A model generated the notes under the pieces. That model worked only from the letters and a program-made list of their open reading frames with translations. It was not told where the DNA came from and did no database searches. Below, one piece after another: positions 26,008-35,332 of a stretch of DNA of 64,000 nucleotides (positions are counted from its first letter, which is position 1; each line of letters starts with the position of its first letter). Both the position numbers and the translations under genes were made by a program. The stretch comes from a bacterium (GTDB lineage Bacteria; Patescibacteriota; Minisyncoccia; Minisyncoccales; CG1-02-41-26): contig JAUVXX010000001.1 of assembly GCA_030603395.1 (NCBI GenBank), forward strand, positions 104,921-168,920. Reading direction: 5' to 3'.

Positions 26008-27199
26008 GGGTCGAAGACAAAAAGAAGAAGTTGAGTTGTCGGGGATCCATGAGAGAAGAAAGACGGAATTGAAAGAATTAGAGAGAAGAACCAAAGAAAT
26101 CGCTGAGTCAAGAAAGGCCCTGATGAATATTTTAGAGGATGCAGAAATAGCCAGAGTGGAGGCCGAGGGAGAGAGAGATAAAACCCTAGCCATTATTGAG
26201 AACTTTCCAGAAGGCCTCTTATTCTTTGACCAAAAAAATGAACTTTCCTCAACCAATCCAAAAGCCCGAGATTTTTTTGACTTGGAACGCGAGAATATAT
26301 TAGGGAAAGACCTTGAAACTTTGAGGGAAATTCCTTCACTCCTACCCTTAATGGAAATTTTAGGAGAGGAACTTGAGGTTTATCAAAAGGAACTAAAATT
26401 GACGGAAAGACTAGTTCTTAAGGTGTCTACCATTACCATCATGAGCGCTGAAGAGAAGGTTGGAACCCTGGTTATTTTAAGAGACATCACTCGAGAGAAA
26501 ATTATTGAGAGATTAAAAACCGAATTCGTTTCTATCGCCGCCCATCAACTGAGAACTCCCTTATCGGCTATAAAATGGACTTTGAGAATGATTTTGGATG
26601 GAGATTTGGGAGAGATTTCCCAAGAACAAAGAAAATTCCTTGAAGGGACCTACGGGAGTAATGAAAGGATGATTAAGCTAATTAATGACCTCCTGAACGT
26701 AACCAGAATTGAGGAAGGAAGATTCCTTTACAATATCCAGAGCAGAGATATAATTGAGATAGCCGAGGGGGTGATTGACCCTATGAAAGAAATAGCCAAG
26801 AGAAAAAAAGTGAAATTCAGTTTTAAAACCCCCAAAAGAGAAATTCCTAAGGTGAAAGTTGATTCGGAGAAAGTTTCCCTGGCCATTCAAAACTTAATAG
26901 ATAACGCCATTCATTATACAAAATCGGGTGGGGAGGTAAAAGTTTCTCTCCGTTATTCAAAAAAAGAGAAGCAGATTTTGTTTTCGGTCAAAGACAGCGG
27001 CATCGGCATTCCTAAAGAACAGCAAAAAAGAGTATTTACCAGATTTTTCCGAGCAGCCAATGCCATCAGAGCAGAGACCGAAGGAACCGGACTGGGACTT
27101 TTCATTGCCAGAAACGTCATTGAGGCCCACCAAGGCAAAATTTGGTTTGAATCGGTGGAAGGAAAAGGCACCACCTTTTATTTCACGTTGCCTACTTGA
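25988..27199 (+). CDS. Cytoplasmic histidine kinase (coiled coil, PAS-like, HisKA, HATPase)
   Basis: No TM segment. H-box SIAAHQLRTPLSAI, with DNAIHYT, DSGIGIP and GTGLGLFIARN. Start overlaps the upstream gene by 20 nt in another frame. Confidence 0.85.
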   Translation: MPKNQNKGRRQKEEVELSGIHERRKTELKELERRTKEIAESRKALMNILEDAEIARVEAEGERDKTLAIIENFPEGLLFFDQKNELSSTNPKARDFFDLERENILGKDLETLREIPSLLPLMEILGEELEVYQKELKLTERLVLKVSTITIMSAEEKVGTLVILRDITREKIIERLKTEFVSIAAHQLRTPLSAIKWTLRMILDGDLGEISQEQRKFLEGTYGSNERMIKLINDLLNVTRIEEGRFLYNIQSRDIIEIAEGVIDPMKEIAKRKKVKFSFKTPKREIPKVKVDSEKVSLAIQNLIDNAIHYTKSGGEVKVSLRYSKKEKQILFSVKDSGIGIPKEQQKRVFTRFFRAANAIRAETEGTGLGLFIARNVIEAHQGKIWFESVEGKGTTFYFTLPT

Positions 27200-27262
27200 C
27201 CTCATTGTTTTTAAGAGATAAAATAGAAACAGAAAAAGGTTAAAAATTATTATCAATAAATC

Positions 27263-27631
27263 ATGGCTAAAAAAATTTTAATCATTGAAGATGAGGAGAT
27301 AATATACAGTTTATTGCAGAAAAAGCTGACCGAAGAAGGTTATCAGATTTCAATTGCCAAAGATGGGGTTGAGGGAATGGAGAAAATGAAAGAGGCAAAA
27401 CCAGATTTGGTCTTGCTTGACATTGTTATGCCCCGCAAGGGAGGATTTGAGGTAATGGAGGAGATGCGAGGAGACGAGAGTTTGAAAGGTATTCCAATTA
27501 TTGTTATTTCCAATTCCGGCCAGCCAGTGGAATTAGACAGAGCCAAGGAATTAGGGGCAAAAGATTGGCTGATTAAGACCGAATTTGACCCCCTGGAGGT
27601 GCTTGAAAAGGTTAAAAAACAAATCGGCTAA
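27263..27631 (+). CDS. Single-domain response regulator (receiver only)
   Basis: ILIIEDEE.., phospho-acceptor context DLVLLDIVMP, ..VISNSG.., ..K at the end. 122 aa with no output domain. Confidence 0.85.
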   Translation: MAKKILIIEDEEIIYSLLQKKLTEEGYQISIAKDGVEGMEKMKEAKPDLVLLDIVMPRKGGFEVMEEMRGDESLKGIPIIVISNSGQPVELDRAKELGAKDWLIKTEFDPLEVLEKVKKQIG

Positions 27632-27637
27632 AGCATC

Positions 27638-28003
27638 ATGCAAAAAATATTAATCGTTGAAGACGATAAATTTTTAAGGGAACTCATTACCAGAAAGTTA
27701 ACCCAGGAGAATTTCACGATTTCCGAGGCAGTTGACGGAGAGGAAGGACTGAAAAAGATAAAAGAGGAGAAGCCAGATTTGGTTTTACTTGATTTGATTT
27801 TACCCGGCATTGATGGTTTTGAAGTATTAACCAAGGTGAAAGACGACCCGGCTTTAGCTCCCATCCCGGTGATTATTCTCTCCAATTTAGGTCAACGGGA
27901 GGACGTGGAAAAAGGATTGAAACTTGGAGCAGTGGATTATTTGGTTAAAGCTCACTTCACTCCCAATGAAATTATTGAAAAGGTAAAGACAGCCCTAAAG
28001 TAA
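27638..28003 (+). CDS. Single-domain response regulator (receiver only)
   Basis: ILIVEDDK.., DLVLLDLILPG, VIILSNLG. 121 aa with no output domain. Confidence 0.85.
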   Translation: MQKILIVEDDKFLRELITRKLTQENFTISEAVDGEEGLKKIKEEKPDLVLLDLILPGIDGFEVLTKVKDDPALAPIPVIILSNLGQREDVEKGLKLGAVDYLVKAHFTPNEIIEKVKTALK

Positions 28004-28012
28004 GCAAAAAAT

Positions 28013-28750
28013 ATGCCCGAGCTCCCAGAGATAGAAACAATCAGGAGGGAGCTGGTAAAAGAGATTGTTGGCAAGAAATTGGAGGGGGTTAAAGTAACTG
28101 ATGTAAGACGTCGAGCTAAGATTTTAATAATTGACTTGGCCAGCGGCTCCAGTTTAGTTTTTCACCTAAAATTAACCGGCCAGTTGCTCTTTAACGCTAA
28201 GCCCGGAAAATATACCAGGGCTGTTTTTAAATTCACTGACGGAACAAACTTAGTTTTTAACAACGTCAGGAAGTTCGGCTGGTGGAAGCGGGTTAAGGAT
28301 ACTTCAGAAATTGAGAAAGGATTCGGTCCCGAACCCTTATCTAAAGATTTTACCTTAAAAAAGTTTAAAGAAATGCTCAGCCGCCGAACCAAGTCAAAGA
28401 TTAAGCCATTATTGATGGACCAGCAATTCATCGCTGGCATCGGCAATATTTATTCTGACGAAATCTTGTTTGCCTCAGGAGTGAGGCCTCGGCGCCGCGT
28501 TAAAACGTTAAACGAAAAAGAAATTAAAAGAATTTTCCAGAAAATGAGGGAGATTTTAAAGGAAGCCATTAAAGAGCAAGGTTCATCAATTCAATATTAC
28601 GTTGATGCCAGGGGACAGAGAGGTAAATACGTAAAATACCACCAGGTTTATGGCCGCCAGGGAAAACCCTGTAAAAAATGCGGCACTATTATCAAAAGAA
28701 TTAAAATCAATAGCCGCAGCGCCCACTTCTGTCCTACTTGTCAGAAATAG
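28013..28750 (+). CDS. mutM: Formamidopyrimidine/8-oxoguanine DNA glycosylase (Fpg/MutM family, short)
   Basis: N-terminal MPELPEIE, H2TH region (LMDQQFIAGIGNIYSDEILF) and a C-terminal zinc finger CKKCG..CPTCQ. Confidence 0.85.
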   Translation: MPELPEIETIRRELVKEIVGKKLEGVKVTDVRRRAKILIIDLASGSSLVFHLKLTGQLLFNAKPGKYTRAVFKFTDGTNLVFNNVRKFGWWKRVKDTSEIEKGFGPEPLSKDFTLKKFKEMLSRRTKSKIKPLLMDQQFIAGIGNIYSDEILFASGVRPRRRVKTLNEKEIKRIFQKMREILKEAIKEQGSSIQYYVDARGQRGKYVKYHQVYGRQGKPCKKCGTIIKRIKINSRSAHFCPTCQK

Positions 28751-28763
28751 AGCAGAAAAGTTA

Positions 28764-28801
28764 CAGAGGACAGTCCTCTGAGGACAGTCCTCTGATTTTT
28801 T
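28764..28801 (+). terminator. Intrinsic terminator built from a tandem 14-nt duplication
   Basis: cagaggac..gtcctctg forms the stem, from the tandem gaggacagtcctct x2. Followed by attttttaa. Confidence 0.6.
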
Positions 28802-28899
28802 AATTTCAGAAGCTTGACTTCTTGAAAAAGAGTGGTAGGGTTTAGCCAGCACCGGGGATTTATTTATTCCCAGAACAATTTAATAAAGAAAGGAGGGCG

Positions 28900-29775
28900 A
28901 TGACGATGAAAGAATCGATCACGTCACAAGAGAAAATGACTGATGGCCAAGTGGCTAAGATCAAGGAGTTGGTCGAGGCAGCTTTGCGTAAAAGTGGTCT
29001 TGGTGGAGATAGGATTCAGCGAGTTATTGGAAGAGGAGGTAAGTTGAAGGATAGGCTCATCCCTATTTTTCAAAAGTTAAGTGAATTACCTTACGCTAAT
29101 GAGGAAGTGGAATCAAGCATTGGGTATCCTAAGGGCTGGAAGCTCAGAGATATTTCAGAGCAGCTCACCATTCTCCAGAAGATAGAGGAGTTTAAGGTGC
29201 TCAATGCCAGACATGTAATCAGAATGGCTAAGCACCTTTCAGATGTTCCCGAGGGTGCTGATGGGTTAGTGATTATTCCCAAACCTTGCAGGGTAGCCAA
29301 TTCTTACAATGAAGCAGTAGTCTTAATGACCGAACTGATGGCGAAGAATCGTAAGGATTGGCATAACTATCGAGGAGGCAAGCTCGGACCAGAATATCTA
29401 CGGTTGACCGAAAAAACCAAACAGGTGATCATTAGACTAGAAAAAGAAACGCCGGGCGACTATTTAGTCATTCCGGTCCAAACTGGTCTTCGTCACCGTG
29501 GTCGTTCAATGAGGCGAGCCAATGTGATGTTTATTGATAGAGAATTCGGACTTGGTTCCTACGAAATCGGCATCATCTTACTGACTCATCCCGAACGGTT
29601 ACGGGAGCCCGAACACCTTGGCATAGACTGCGCTGGGTGTGACTATTCTCCCTGTGCTAATGGCGATTTCTTTCGTGTCCTCGATTTTCGCCAAAGTATC
29701 GACGGACTTAGGTTCGGTTGTTGGGCTAATAGTGCTCTTCAGCACTTCGGTTCGGCTTCTGGCTTCGTCGAGTAG
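28900..29775 (+). CDS. Hypothetical protein (no family recognised)
   Basis: Strong SD (aaaggaggg) before the ATG. 291 aa with no TM. Visibly GC-richer than its neighbours. Has its own hairpin terminator. Confidence 0.5.
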   Translation: MTMKESITSQEKMTDGQVAKIKELVEAALRKSGLGGDRIQRVIGRGGKLKDRLIPIFQKLSELPYANEEVESSIGYPKGWKLRDISEQLTILQKIEEFKVLNARHVIRMAKHLSDVPEGADGLVIIPKPCRVANSYNEAVVLMTELMAKNRKDWHNYRGGKLGPEYLRLTEKTKQVIIRLEKETPGDYLVIPVQTGLRHRGRSMRRANVMFIDREFGLGSYEIGIILLTHPERLREPEHLGIDCAGCDYSPCANGDFFRVLDFRQSIDGLRFGCWANSALQHFGSASGFVE

Positions 29776-29812
29776 CTTGGATTTTGAAGTTTCGATTTTC
29801 TTGAATCTTTGT

Positions 29813-29856
29813 CCCCATTTCTAACTAACAATTAGGAATGGGGGCTCTTTATTTCT
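29813..29856 (+). terminator. Hairpin terminator after orphan gene
   Basis: ccccatttct (29813-29822) pairs with aggaatgggg (29834-29843), with one G-U pair. Followed by ctctttatttctc. Confidence 0.45.
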
Positions 29857-29885
29857 CTGAGAAAATACGATAAAATACAAGAGTC

Positions 29886-30824
29886 ATGATTATTTTTCTT
29901 TATGGCAAAGATACATACAGGTTGCAGCAGAAACTAAGAGAGATTGAAACTCAATATAAAAAAATCCACCAAGCTGGCTTGAATTTGGAAAGGATTGATG
30001 TGGAACAAATTGACTTTCAAGAATTCTGGGATAAACTCTTCCAGCAATCAATGTTTATTAAAAAGAAAATGTTCTTTCTGGAGAATTTGTTCAGCAACCC
30101 AAGATTCAAAGAAAAGTTTCTTAAGAAAATTGAACCAATTGCCGAATCTGAAGACATTGTTATTATCACTGAGAAAAAAGAGTTGCCCAAAAGCGACAAA
30201 TTTTTGAAGAATTTAAAAAAACACGGCAAAGTCCAACACTTCCAGTCCTTGCCAAGAGCAGAATTAAAAACCTGGATAAAAAAAGAATTTCAGGAGCAGG
30301 GAATTGAAGCTGACACAGATGTCATAAATTTACTTGTTGAATTAGTGGGTAATGACTTATGGCAGCTCGCCAATGAAATCAAAAAGATTTCCCTTTACAA
30401 AAAGAAAGAGAAAAAGGTTGCCATCTCTGACGTTGAATTTTTAGTCAGGCCAAAAATTGAAACAGATATTTTTAAGACGGTTGACGCTTTAGCTAACAAA
30501 GAAAAAAAGAAGGCTCTTCAATTAATTCAAAAACATTTAGAGAAAGGCGACAGTCCTTTTTTTCTTTTGACTATGATAAATTTTCAATTCCGAAATCTTT
30601 TAATCGCCTGTTCTTTCAGAGAAAACGGCAAAACCCTAAGTGACCTTTTACAGCTGAAGCTTTCTCATCCCTATGTTGCCAAAAAATCCTGGCTGGCCAG
30701 CCATGCTTTTACCTCGGACCAATTAAAAAAAATCTACCAAAGAATTTTTGAGGCAGATTTTGAAATAAAAACCGGGAAAATAGCTCCCGAAATAGGCCTT
30801 AAAATGTTAATCGCCCAACTTTAA
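29886..30824 (+). CDS. holA: DNA polymerase III delta subunit
   Basis: N-terminal IIFLYGKDTYRLQQKL and a ..LVGNDLWQLANEIKKI.. region typical of HolA. 312 aa. Confidence 0.75.
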   Translation: MIIFLYGKDTYRLQQKLREIETQYKKIHQAGLNLERIDVEQIDFQEFWDKLFQQSMFIKKKMFFLENLFSNPRFKEKFLKKIEPIAESEDIVIITEKKELPKSDKFLKNLKKHGKVQHFQSLPRAELKTWIKKEFQEQGIEADTDVINLLVELVGNDLWQLANEIKKISLYKKKEKKVAISDVEFLVRPKIETDIFKTVDALANKEKKKALQLIQKHLEKGDSPFFLLTMINFQFRNLLIACSFRENGKTLSDLLQLKLSHPYVAKKSWLASHAFTSDQLKKIYQRIFEADFEIKTGKIAPEIGLKMLIAQL

Positions 30825-31070
30825 AAGCTTAGTTAAACGTGATTTTTTTCTGCTTGCTGTATTTTTCTTGATGGTTTTAACTTTAGCTGCCTTATCAAGA
30901 GCTTTATAAAGCTGAGGTAAAAGTTTCTTGGCTTCAGTAATCTTTTTTTGAGTAACCAAATTGCGGATCTCTTTAATGAGGTCTTTTATTTTTCTTTTTC
31001 TTTGAAGATTTCTCTTTTTCCTTTGAACACTTTGTCTTAAAGCCTTTTTAGCAGATTTTGTTATAGGCAT
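30807..31070 (-). CDS. rpsT: 30S ribosomal protein S20
   Basis: MPITKSAKKALRQSVQRKKRNLQRKRKIK.., 87 aa and highly basic. Confidence 0.9.
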   Translation of the reverse strand: MPITKSAKKALRQSVQRKKRNLQRKRKIKDLIKEIRNLVTQKKITEAKKLLPQLYKALDKAAKVKTIKKNTASRKKSRLTKLLKLGD

Positions 31071-31107
31071 ATCAGTGGCTCCATACTAAACTATTTTAGT
31101 TTTTTTA

Positions 31108-33039
31108 TCAACCCTTCGGTTTCCTCAGGGTTGATCCTGAACGAAGTTGAAGGATCAAGTCTCTGATTTCGGCGGCTCTTTCAAAATCTAAATTGCCAGC
31201 GGCCTCTCGCATTTCTTTTTCCAAAAGCTTGGCATCCTGGATTACGGCAAACTCCGAACCTATTTGTTTTTCTCTTGAGACAAAGGGCCAATCTCTGATT
31301 TCTTTAACAATTGCTCTGGGGACAATCTGGTGTTTTCTGTTGTAATCTTGTTGGATTTTTCTTCTTCTGGCAACTTCTTTAATGGCTCTTTTCATGGAAC
31401 CGGTCTTTTTGTCAGCATATAAAATGACATGGCCTTCCTGGTGTCTGGCGGCTCTGCCCATGGTTTGGATTAGGGTAGTTTCATTTCTTAAAAATCCTTC
31501 CTTGTCAGCGTCTAAAATGGCCACCAAGCTGACTTCGGGCAAATCCAGGCCCTCTCTTAAAAGATTGATTCCCACCAGCACCTCGTATTCGCCTTCCCTG
31601 AACTTTTTGAGGATGGCTGGCCTTTCTAAGGTTTTGATTTCTGAATGTAAATAATGAGTTTTAATCCCCTGTTCTTGCAAATAATCAGCCAGCTCTTCAG
31701 CCAATCTCTTGGTTAAGGTAATAGCCAAAGTTCTCTGGTGTTTTTTTACTCTCTTTTTAATCTCTTTAGTTAAATCCTTAACTTGATTTTGAATTGGTCT
31801 AGTCTCAATTGATGGTTCTAAAAGTCCCGTAGGTCTTACTAACTGCTCCACCAACAGTTTTGACATTTGACCTTTGACCTTTGACATTTCGTAGGGTCCC
31901 GGAGTAGCTGAAACGAAAACTGCCTGCCCGATTTTTTTCTCAACCTCTTCAAAACTTAAAGGTCGGTTGTCTAAAGCTGAAGGAAGGCGAAAGCCATGTT
32001 CAATTAAAACTTTTTTTCTTGCTCTATCCGTGTTATACATGGCATGGAGTTGGGGGACACTCATATGTGATTCATCAATAAAGATAAGGAGGTCTTGAGG
32101 AAAATAATCCAAGAGGGTAAAAGGCGCCTCTCCCGGATTTCTGAATTCTAAATGTCTTGAATAATTTTCAACCCCATGGCAATAACCTGTTTCTTTTAAC
32201 ATTTCCAGGTCATAGTTTGTTCGTTGCCGCAATCTCTGAGCTTCCAATAGTTTGTTTCTAACTTTCAATTCTTTTAATCTTTCTTGCAGTTCCCCTTTTA
32301 TGTTTTCTGTGGCGATATTCAATTTATCTTTGGAAGTTGGCCAGAATTGAGCCGGGTAGATTTTGATGTTCGGTTTTGAAATTCTATCAATCCTATCTCC
32401 TCGAAATTCTATCCTTAAAATTTCTTTGCCGGTTACTAAATAAATTTCCACGGTATCGCCCCTCACCCGAAAAGTGCCCGGCTTAAAATCAAGGTCGTTC
32501 CTCCCGTACTGCAAAGAGGTTAAATGGGAGATGAGGTCTTTTCTTTTGATGGTCTTCCCTGCTTTTATTTCCAAAGAAACTTTCTGGTAAGTTTCAGGAG
32601 AGCCGATGTTGTAGATACAAGAAACCGAGGCAACCACTATAACATCTCGCCTGCTTAAAATATCCTGGACAGCAGCGTGTCTTAATCTGTCTATTTCCTG
32701 GTTGATTTTGGCATCTTTCTCAATATAGGTGTCGGTTTGGGGGATATAGGCCTCGGGTTGATAATAGTCGTAGTAGCTTACAAAATAGTGGACTCCATTT
32801 TCCGGGAAAAACTCCTTGAATTCTTGATATAATTGAGCGGCCAAAGTTTTATTGTGGGAGATAATAAGAACCGGCCTCTGTGCCTTTTCAAAGACCTGAG
32901 CCATGGTAAAAGTTTTACCAGAGCCGGTTACGCCCAACAAAACCTGGTTTTTTACCCCGGCTTTTAAATTTCTGGTTAGCTTGTCAATAGCCTGGGGCTG
33001 GTCGCCGGTTGGCTTGAATTTTGAAACTAATTTGAACAT
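31108..33039 (-). CDS. uvrB: Excinuclease ABC subunit B
   Basis: GVTGSGKTF Walker A, DESH box ([12 protein letters not shown]), VSATPGPYE and a C-terminal UVR motif (FERAAEIRD). Confidence 0.97.
   Translation of the reverse strand: MFKLVSKFKPTGDQPQAIDKLTRNLKAGVKNQVLLGVTGSGKTFTMAQVFEKAQRPVLIISHNKTLAAQLYQEFKEFFPENGVHYFVSYYDYYQPEAYIPQTDTYIEKDAKINQEIDRLRHAAVQDILSRRDVIVVASVSCIYNIGSPETYQKVSLEIKAGKTIKRKDLISHLTSLQYGRNDLDFKPGTFRVRGDTVEIYLVTGKEILRIEFRGDRIDRISKPNIKIYPAQFWPTSKDKLNIATENIKGELQERLKELKVRNKLLEAQRLRQRTNYDLEMLKETGYCHGVENYSRHLEFRNPGEAPFTLLDYFPQDLLIFIDESHMSVPQLHAMYNTDRARKKVLIEHGFRLPSALDNRPLSFEEVEKKIGQAVFVSATPGPYEMSKVKGQMSKLLVEQLVRPTGLLEPSIETRPIQNQVKDLTKEIKKRVKKHQRTLAITLTKRLAEELADYLQEQGIKTHYLHSEIKTLERPAILKKFREGEYEVLVGINLLREGLDLPEVSLVAILDADKEGFLRNETTLIQTMGRAARHQEGHVILYADKKTGSMKRAIKEVARRRKIQQDYNRKHQIVPRAIVKEIRDWPFVSREKQIGSEFAVIQDAKLLEKEMREAAGNLDFERAAEIRDLILQLRSGSTLRKPKG
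31859..31890. repeat. 4.5 copies of a 7-nt tandem repeat (TTTGACN) inside uvrB coding sequence
   Basis: tttgaca tttgacc tttgacc tttgaca tttc. Encodes ..[10 protein letters not shown].. on the - strand. Confidence 0.85.
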
Positions 33040-33069
33040 AAAGAAAATTAGGGCTATGATTAAACAAAC

Positions 33070-33645
33070 ATGATAGCTTCTTTACAGGGAAAAATTATTT
33101 TAAAAATGGAGAAGTTTATTATCTTGGAAGTTTCAGGAATTGGCTTTGAGATTTTTTTATCTAAGAGAACAATAGCTAAAATACCACAAATTGGCCAAAA
33201 TCTCAAGATGTTTTGTTATTTGGATGTTGGTGAAAGAAGCTTGAGGTTATTTGGTTTTTTAAGAGACGAAGAACTTGAACTTTTCAAACTTTTACGAAAT
33301 ATTTCGGGAGTTGGCCCGAAAGCCGCCCTGGATATTTCTTCAATCGGCTCGCCGGACAAAATCAAAGAAGAAATAGACAAAGGCAATGAAAAGGTTTTTG
33401 AAGATGTCCCGGGCATTGGCGAGAAAAAAGCCAGAAAAATCATTTTAGAACTCTCCGGAAAACTAAAAAGTCCTGAACCCTCTCTTAAAAAAGAATCAAT
33501 TCCAGAAGACGAGGCCTTTTTGGCTTTGGTTAATCTTGGTTTTCCCAAAGAGGAAGCAAAGAAAGCTTTAGCTCAACTCCCCAAAGAAATCAAAGCAGCG
33601 GAAGAGAGAATAAAAGAGAGTTTAAAGATTTTAGGAAGAAGATGA
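33070..33645 (+). CDS. ruvA: Holliday junction DNA helicase subunit RuvA
   Basis: MIASLQGKI.. N-terminal OB domain. HhH motifs ([24 protein letters not shown]). C-terminal domain III. Confidence 0.9.
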   Translation: MIASLQGKIILKMEKFIILEVSGIGFEIFLSKRTIAKIPQIGQNLKMFCYLDVGERSLRLFGFLRDEELELFKLLRNISGVGPKAALDISSIGSPDKIKEEIDKGNEKVFEDVPGIGEKKARKIILELSGKLKSPEPSLKKESIPEDEAFLALVNLGFPKEEAKKALAQLPKEIKAAEERIKESLKILGRR

Positions 33646-34907
33646 GCCCAAAAAATTCTCTTGAAAAGTTTATTCCCTCTTTTTTATTAAACTGGTATCA
33701 TTTCTTACTGGCTTTTTTAGGAGCTTTTTTTTATGGGTTTCCTTCAAAAGAGTTAAAAATTATTGGTGTTACTGGTACTGGAGGCAAAACAACCGTAGTT
33801 GAGTTTTGCCATCAAATCTTTAAAGAAGCAGGTTATAAAACAGCCTCGATCTCCTCTATTAGCTTTAGAATAGAAGACAAACAATGGCCCAATACCTTAA
33901 AAATGACCATGCCCGGAAGATTAAAGCTCCAGAGATTTTTAAGAAAAGCGGTTAAAGCAGGTTGCTCCTACGCGGTTTTAGAGGTGACCTCTGAAGGAAT
34001 CTTACAGCATCGCCAAAAATTTATTGATTTTGAGGTTGCCGTCCTTACTAATTTATCTCCGGAGCACATTGAACGGCACGGCTCTTTTGAGAAATATCGG
34101 GAAGCCAAAGGAAAACTTTTTGAACAAACTAAAAAAGTCCATATTATAAATCAGGATGATGAAAATTCAGAGTATTTTTTAAAGTTTCCAGCTAAGAAAA
34201 AAATTGGATTCCCTGAAGCAAAAAATATCCAAGACAATTCGGCTGGCATAAGTTTTGAAGTTCAAAATACCAAGTTTAATCTTAATCTATTGGGTAAATT
34301 CAATGTGTCCAACGCTTTAGCAGCAATTAGTGTGAGCTTATCTCAAGGAATTGATTTGGCAGCTTGTCAAAGAGCTCTGGCCAAAGTAAGAGGAATTCCC
34401 GGCAGAATGGAAATTGTTATTAAAGAACCCTTTCAAGTTATCGTTGATTATGCCCACACACCGCAAAGTCTCAGGGAAGTTTATGAGACTTTGCGAAATC
34501 CCAAACCTCAAGCCCCAAACCCCAACCTCATTTGTGTTCTAGGAAGCTGTGGGGGAGGCAGGGATAAATGGAAAAGACCGAAGCTGGGAGAAATTGCTGC
34601 CAAATATTGCCAGAACATAATTATCACTAATGAGGACCCCTACGACGAAAATCCGCAAAAGATTATAGATGCTATAGAAGGCGGATTTTCGCAAATCCCA
34701 AATCCCAAACCCCAAATCCCAAAATACGAAAAAATCTTAGACAGACGAGAGGCCATAAAAAAAGCTTTAAGCTTAGCCAGACCGGATGACATAGTTATTA
34801 TTACCGGCAAAGGTTGTGAGCCCTGGATGTGCGTTGCTGGCGGCAAAAAAATCCCCTGGGACGACCGCCAAATTGTCCAAGAAGAATTTAAAAAACTACA
34901 GCTATGA
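33642..34907 (+). CDS. Mur ligase family protein (MurE-like) with hydrophobic N-terminus
   Basis: P-loop GVTGTGGKTT, then ..DYAHTP.., then ITGKGCEPW. The usual N-terminal domain is replaced by a hydrophobic segment. Contains two Pro/Asn/Lys/Gln low-complexity inserts. Confidence 0.75.
   Translation: MSPKNSLEKFIPSFLLNWYHFLLAFLGAFFYGFPSKELKIIGVTGTGGKTTVVEFCHQIFKEAGYKTASISSISFRIEDKQWPNTLKMTMPGRLKLQRFLRKAVKAGCSYAVLEVTSEGILQHRQKFIDFEVAVLTNLSPEHIERHGSFEKYREAKGKLFEQTKKVHIINQDDENSEYFLKFPAKKKIGFPEAKNIQDNSAGISFEVQNTKFNLNLLGKFNVSNALAAISVSLSQGIDLAACQRALAKVRGIPGRMEIVIKEPFQVIVDYAHTPQSLREVYETLRNPKPQAPNPNLICVLGSCGGGRDKWKRPKLGEIAAKYCQNIIITNEDPYDENPQKIIDAIEGGFSQIPNPKPQIPKYEKILDRREAIKKALSLARPDDIVIITGKGCEPWMCVAGGKKIPWDDRQIVQEEFKKLQL
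34496..34530. repeat. Degenerate 7-nt tandem repeat (AAAYCCC-like x5) in Mur ligase gene
   Basis: aaatccc aaacctc aagcccc aaacccc aacctca. Encodes NPKPQAPNPN. Confidence 0.7.
34693..34724. repeat. 7-nt tandem repeat (AAAYCCC x4) in Mur ligase gene
   Basis: aaatccc aaatccc aaacccc aaatccc aaaa. Encodes QIPNPKPQIPK. Confidence 0.85.
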
Positions 34908-35311
34908 GAAAATACGAAATCCTTGAGCACAAAGCCGATTTAAAAATTAGAGCTTTTGGTAAGGGAAAAGAGGAAGTGTTTTTGAATATGCTTTTGGCAA
35001 TGACAGAATCTCAAAGACCGGAAATTAAAGAAAAAGAGAAGATAACAAGAAAAGTTAATGTGAAAGCTACTGATTTATCAGCTTTATTGGTTGGTTTTTT
35101 AAGTGAGGCTCTTTATCTAAGCCAAACAAACAGAGAAGTTTATTCTGAGGTAACATTCAAGAAATTTTCAGACACTGAGATAGAAGGCGAACTGACAGGT
35201 CAAAGAGTAGAAAGGTTTGGTGAAGAGATTAAAGCGGTAACCTGGCACAGTTTAGATATCCTTCAAAAGGAAGACGGCGTCTGGCAAGCCACCGTGTTGT
35301 TTGATGTCTGA
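34904..35311 (+). CDS. Archease (RtcB activator)
   Basis: YEILEHKADLKIRAFG.. N-terminus and C-terminal ..AVTWHSL... 135 aa, immediately upstream of rtcB. Confidence 0.85.
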   Translation: MRKYEILEHKADLKIRAFGKGKEEVFLNMLLAMTESQRPEIKEKEKITRKVNVKATDLSALLVGFLSEALYLSQTNREVYSEVTFKKFSDTEIEGELTGQRVERFGEEIKAVTWHSLDILQKEDGVWQATVLFDV

Positions 35312-35332
35312 ACTGTTATAAAATAAGAGAAT

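Noticed and set aside
25686-26111. 141-aa ORF on the - strand across the dCache/kinase junction
   Set aside because: It is antisense to two ORFs with clear domain content. Its Ser/Leu-rich composition is typical of the reverse frame of Glu/Lys/Arg-rich coiled-coil coding sequence.
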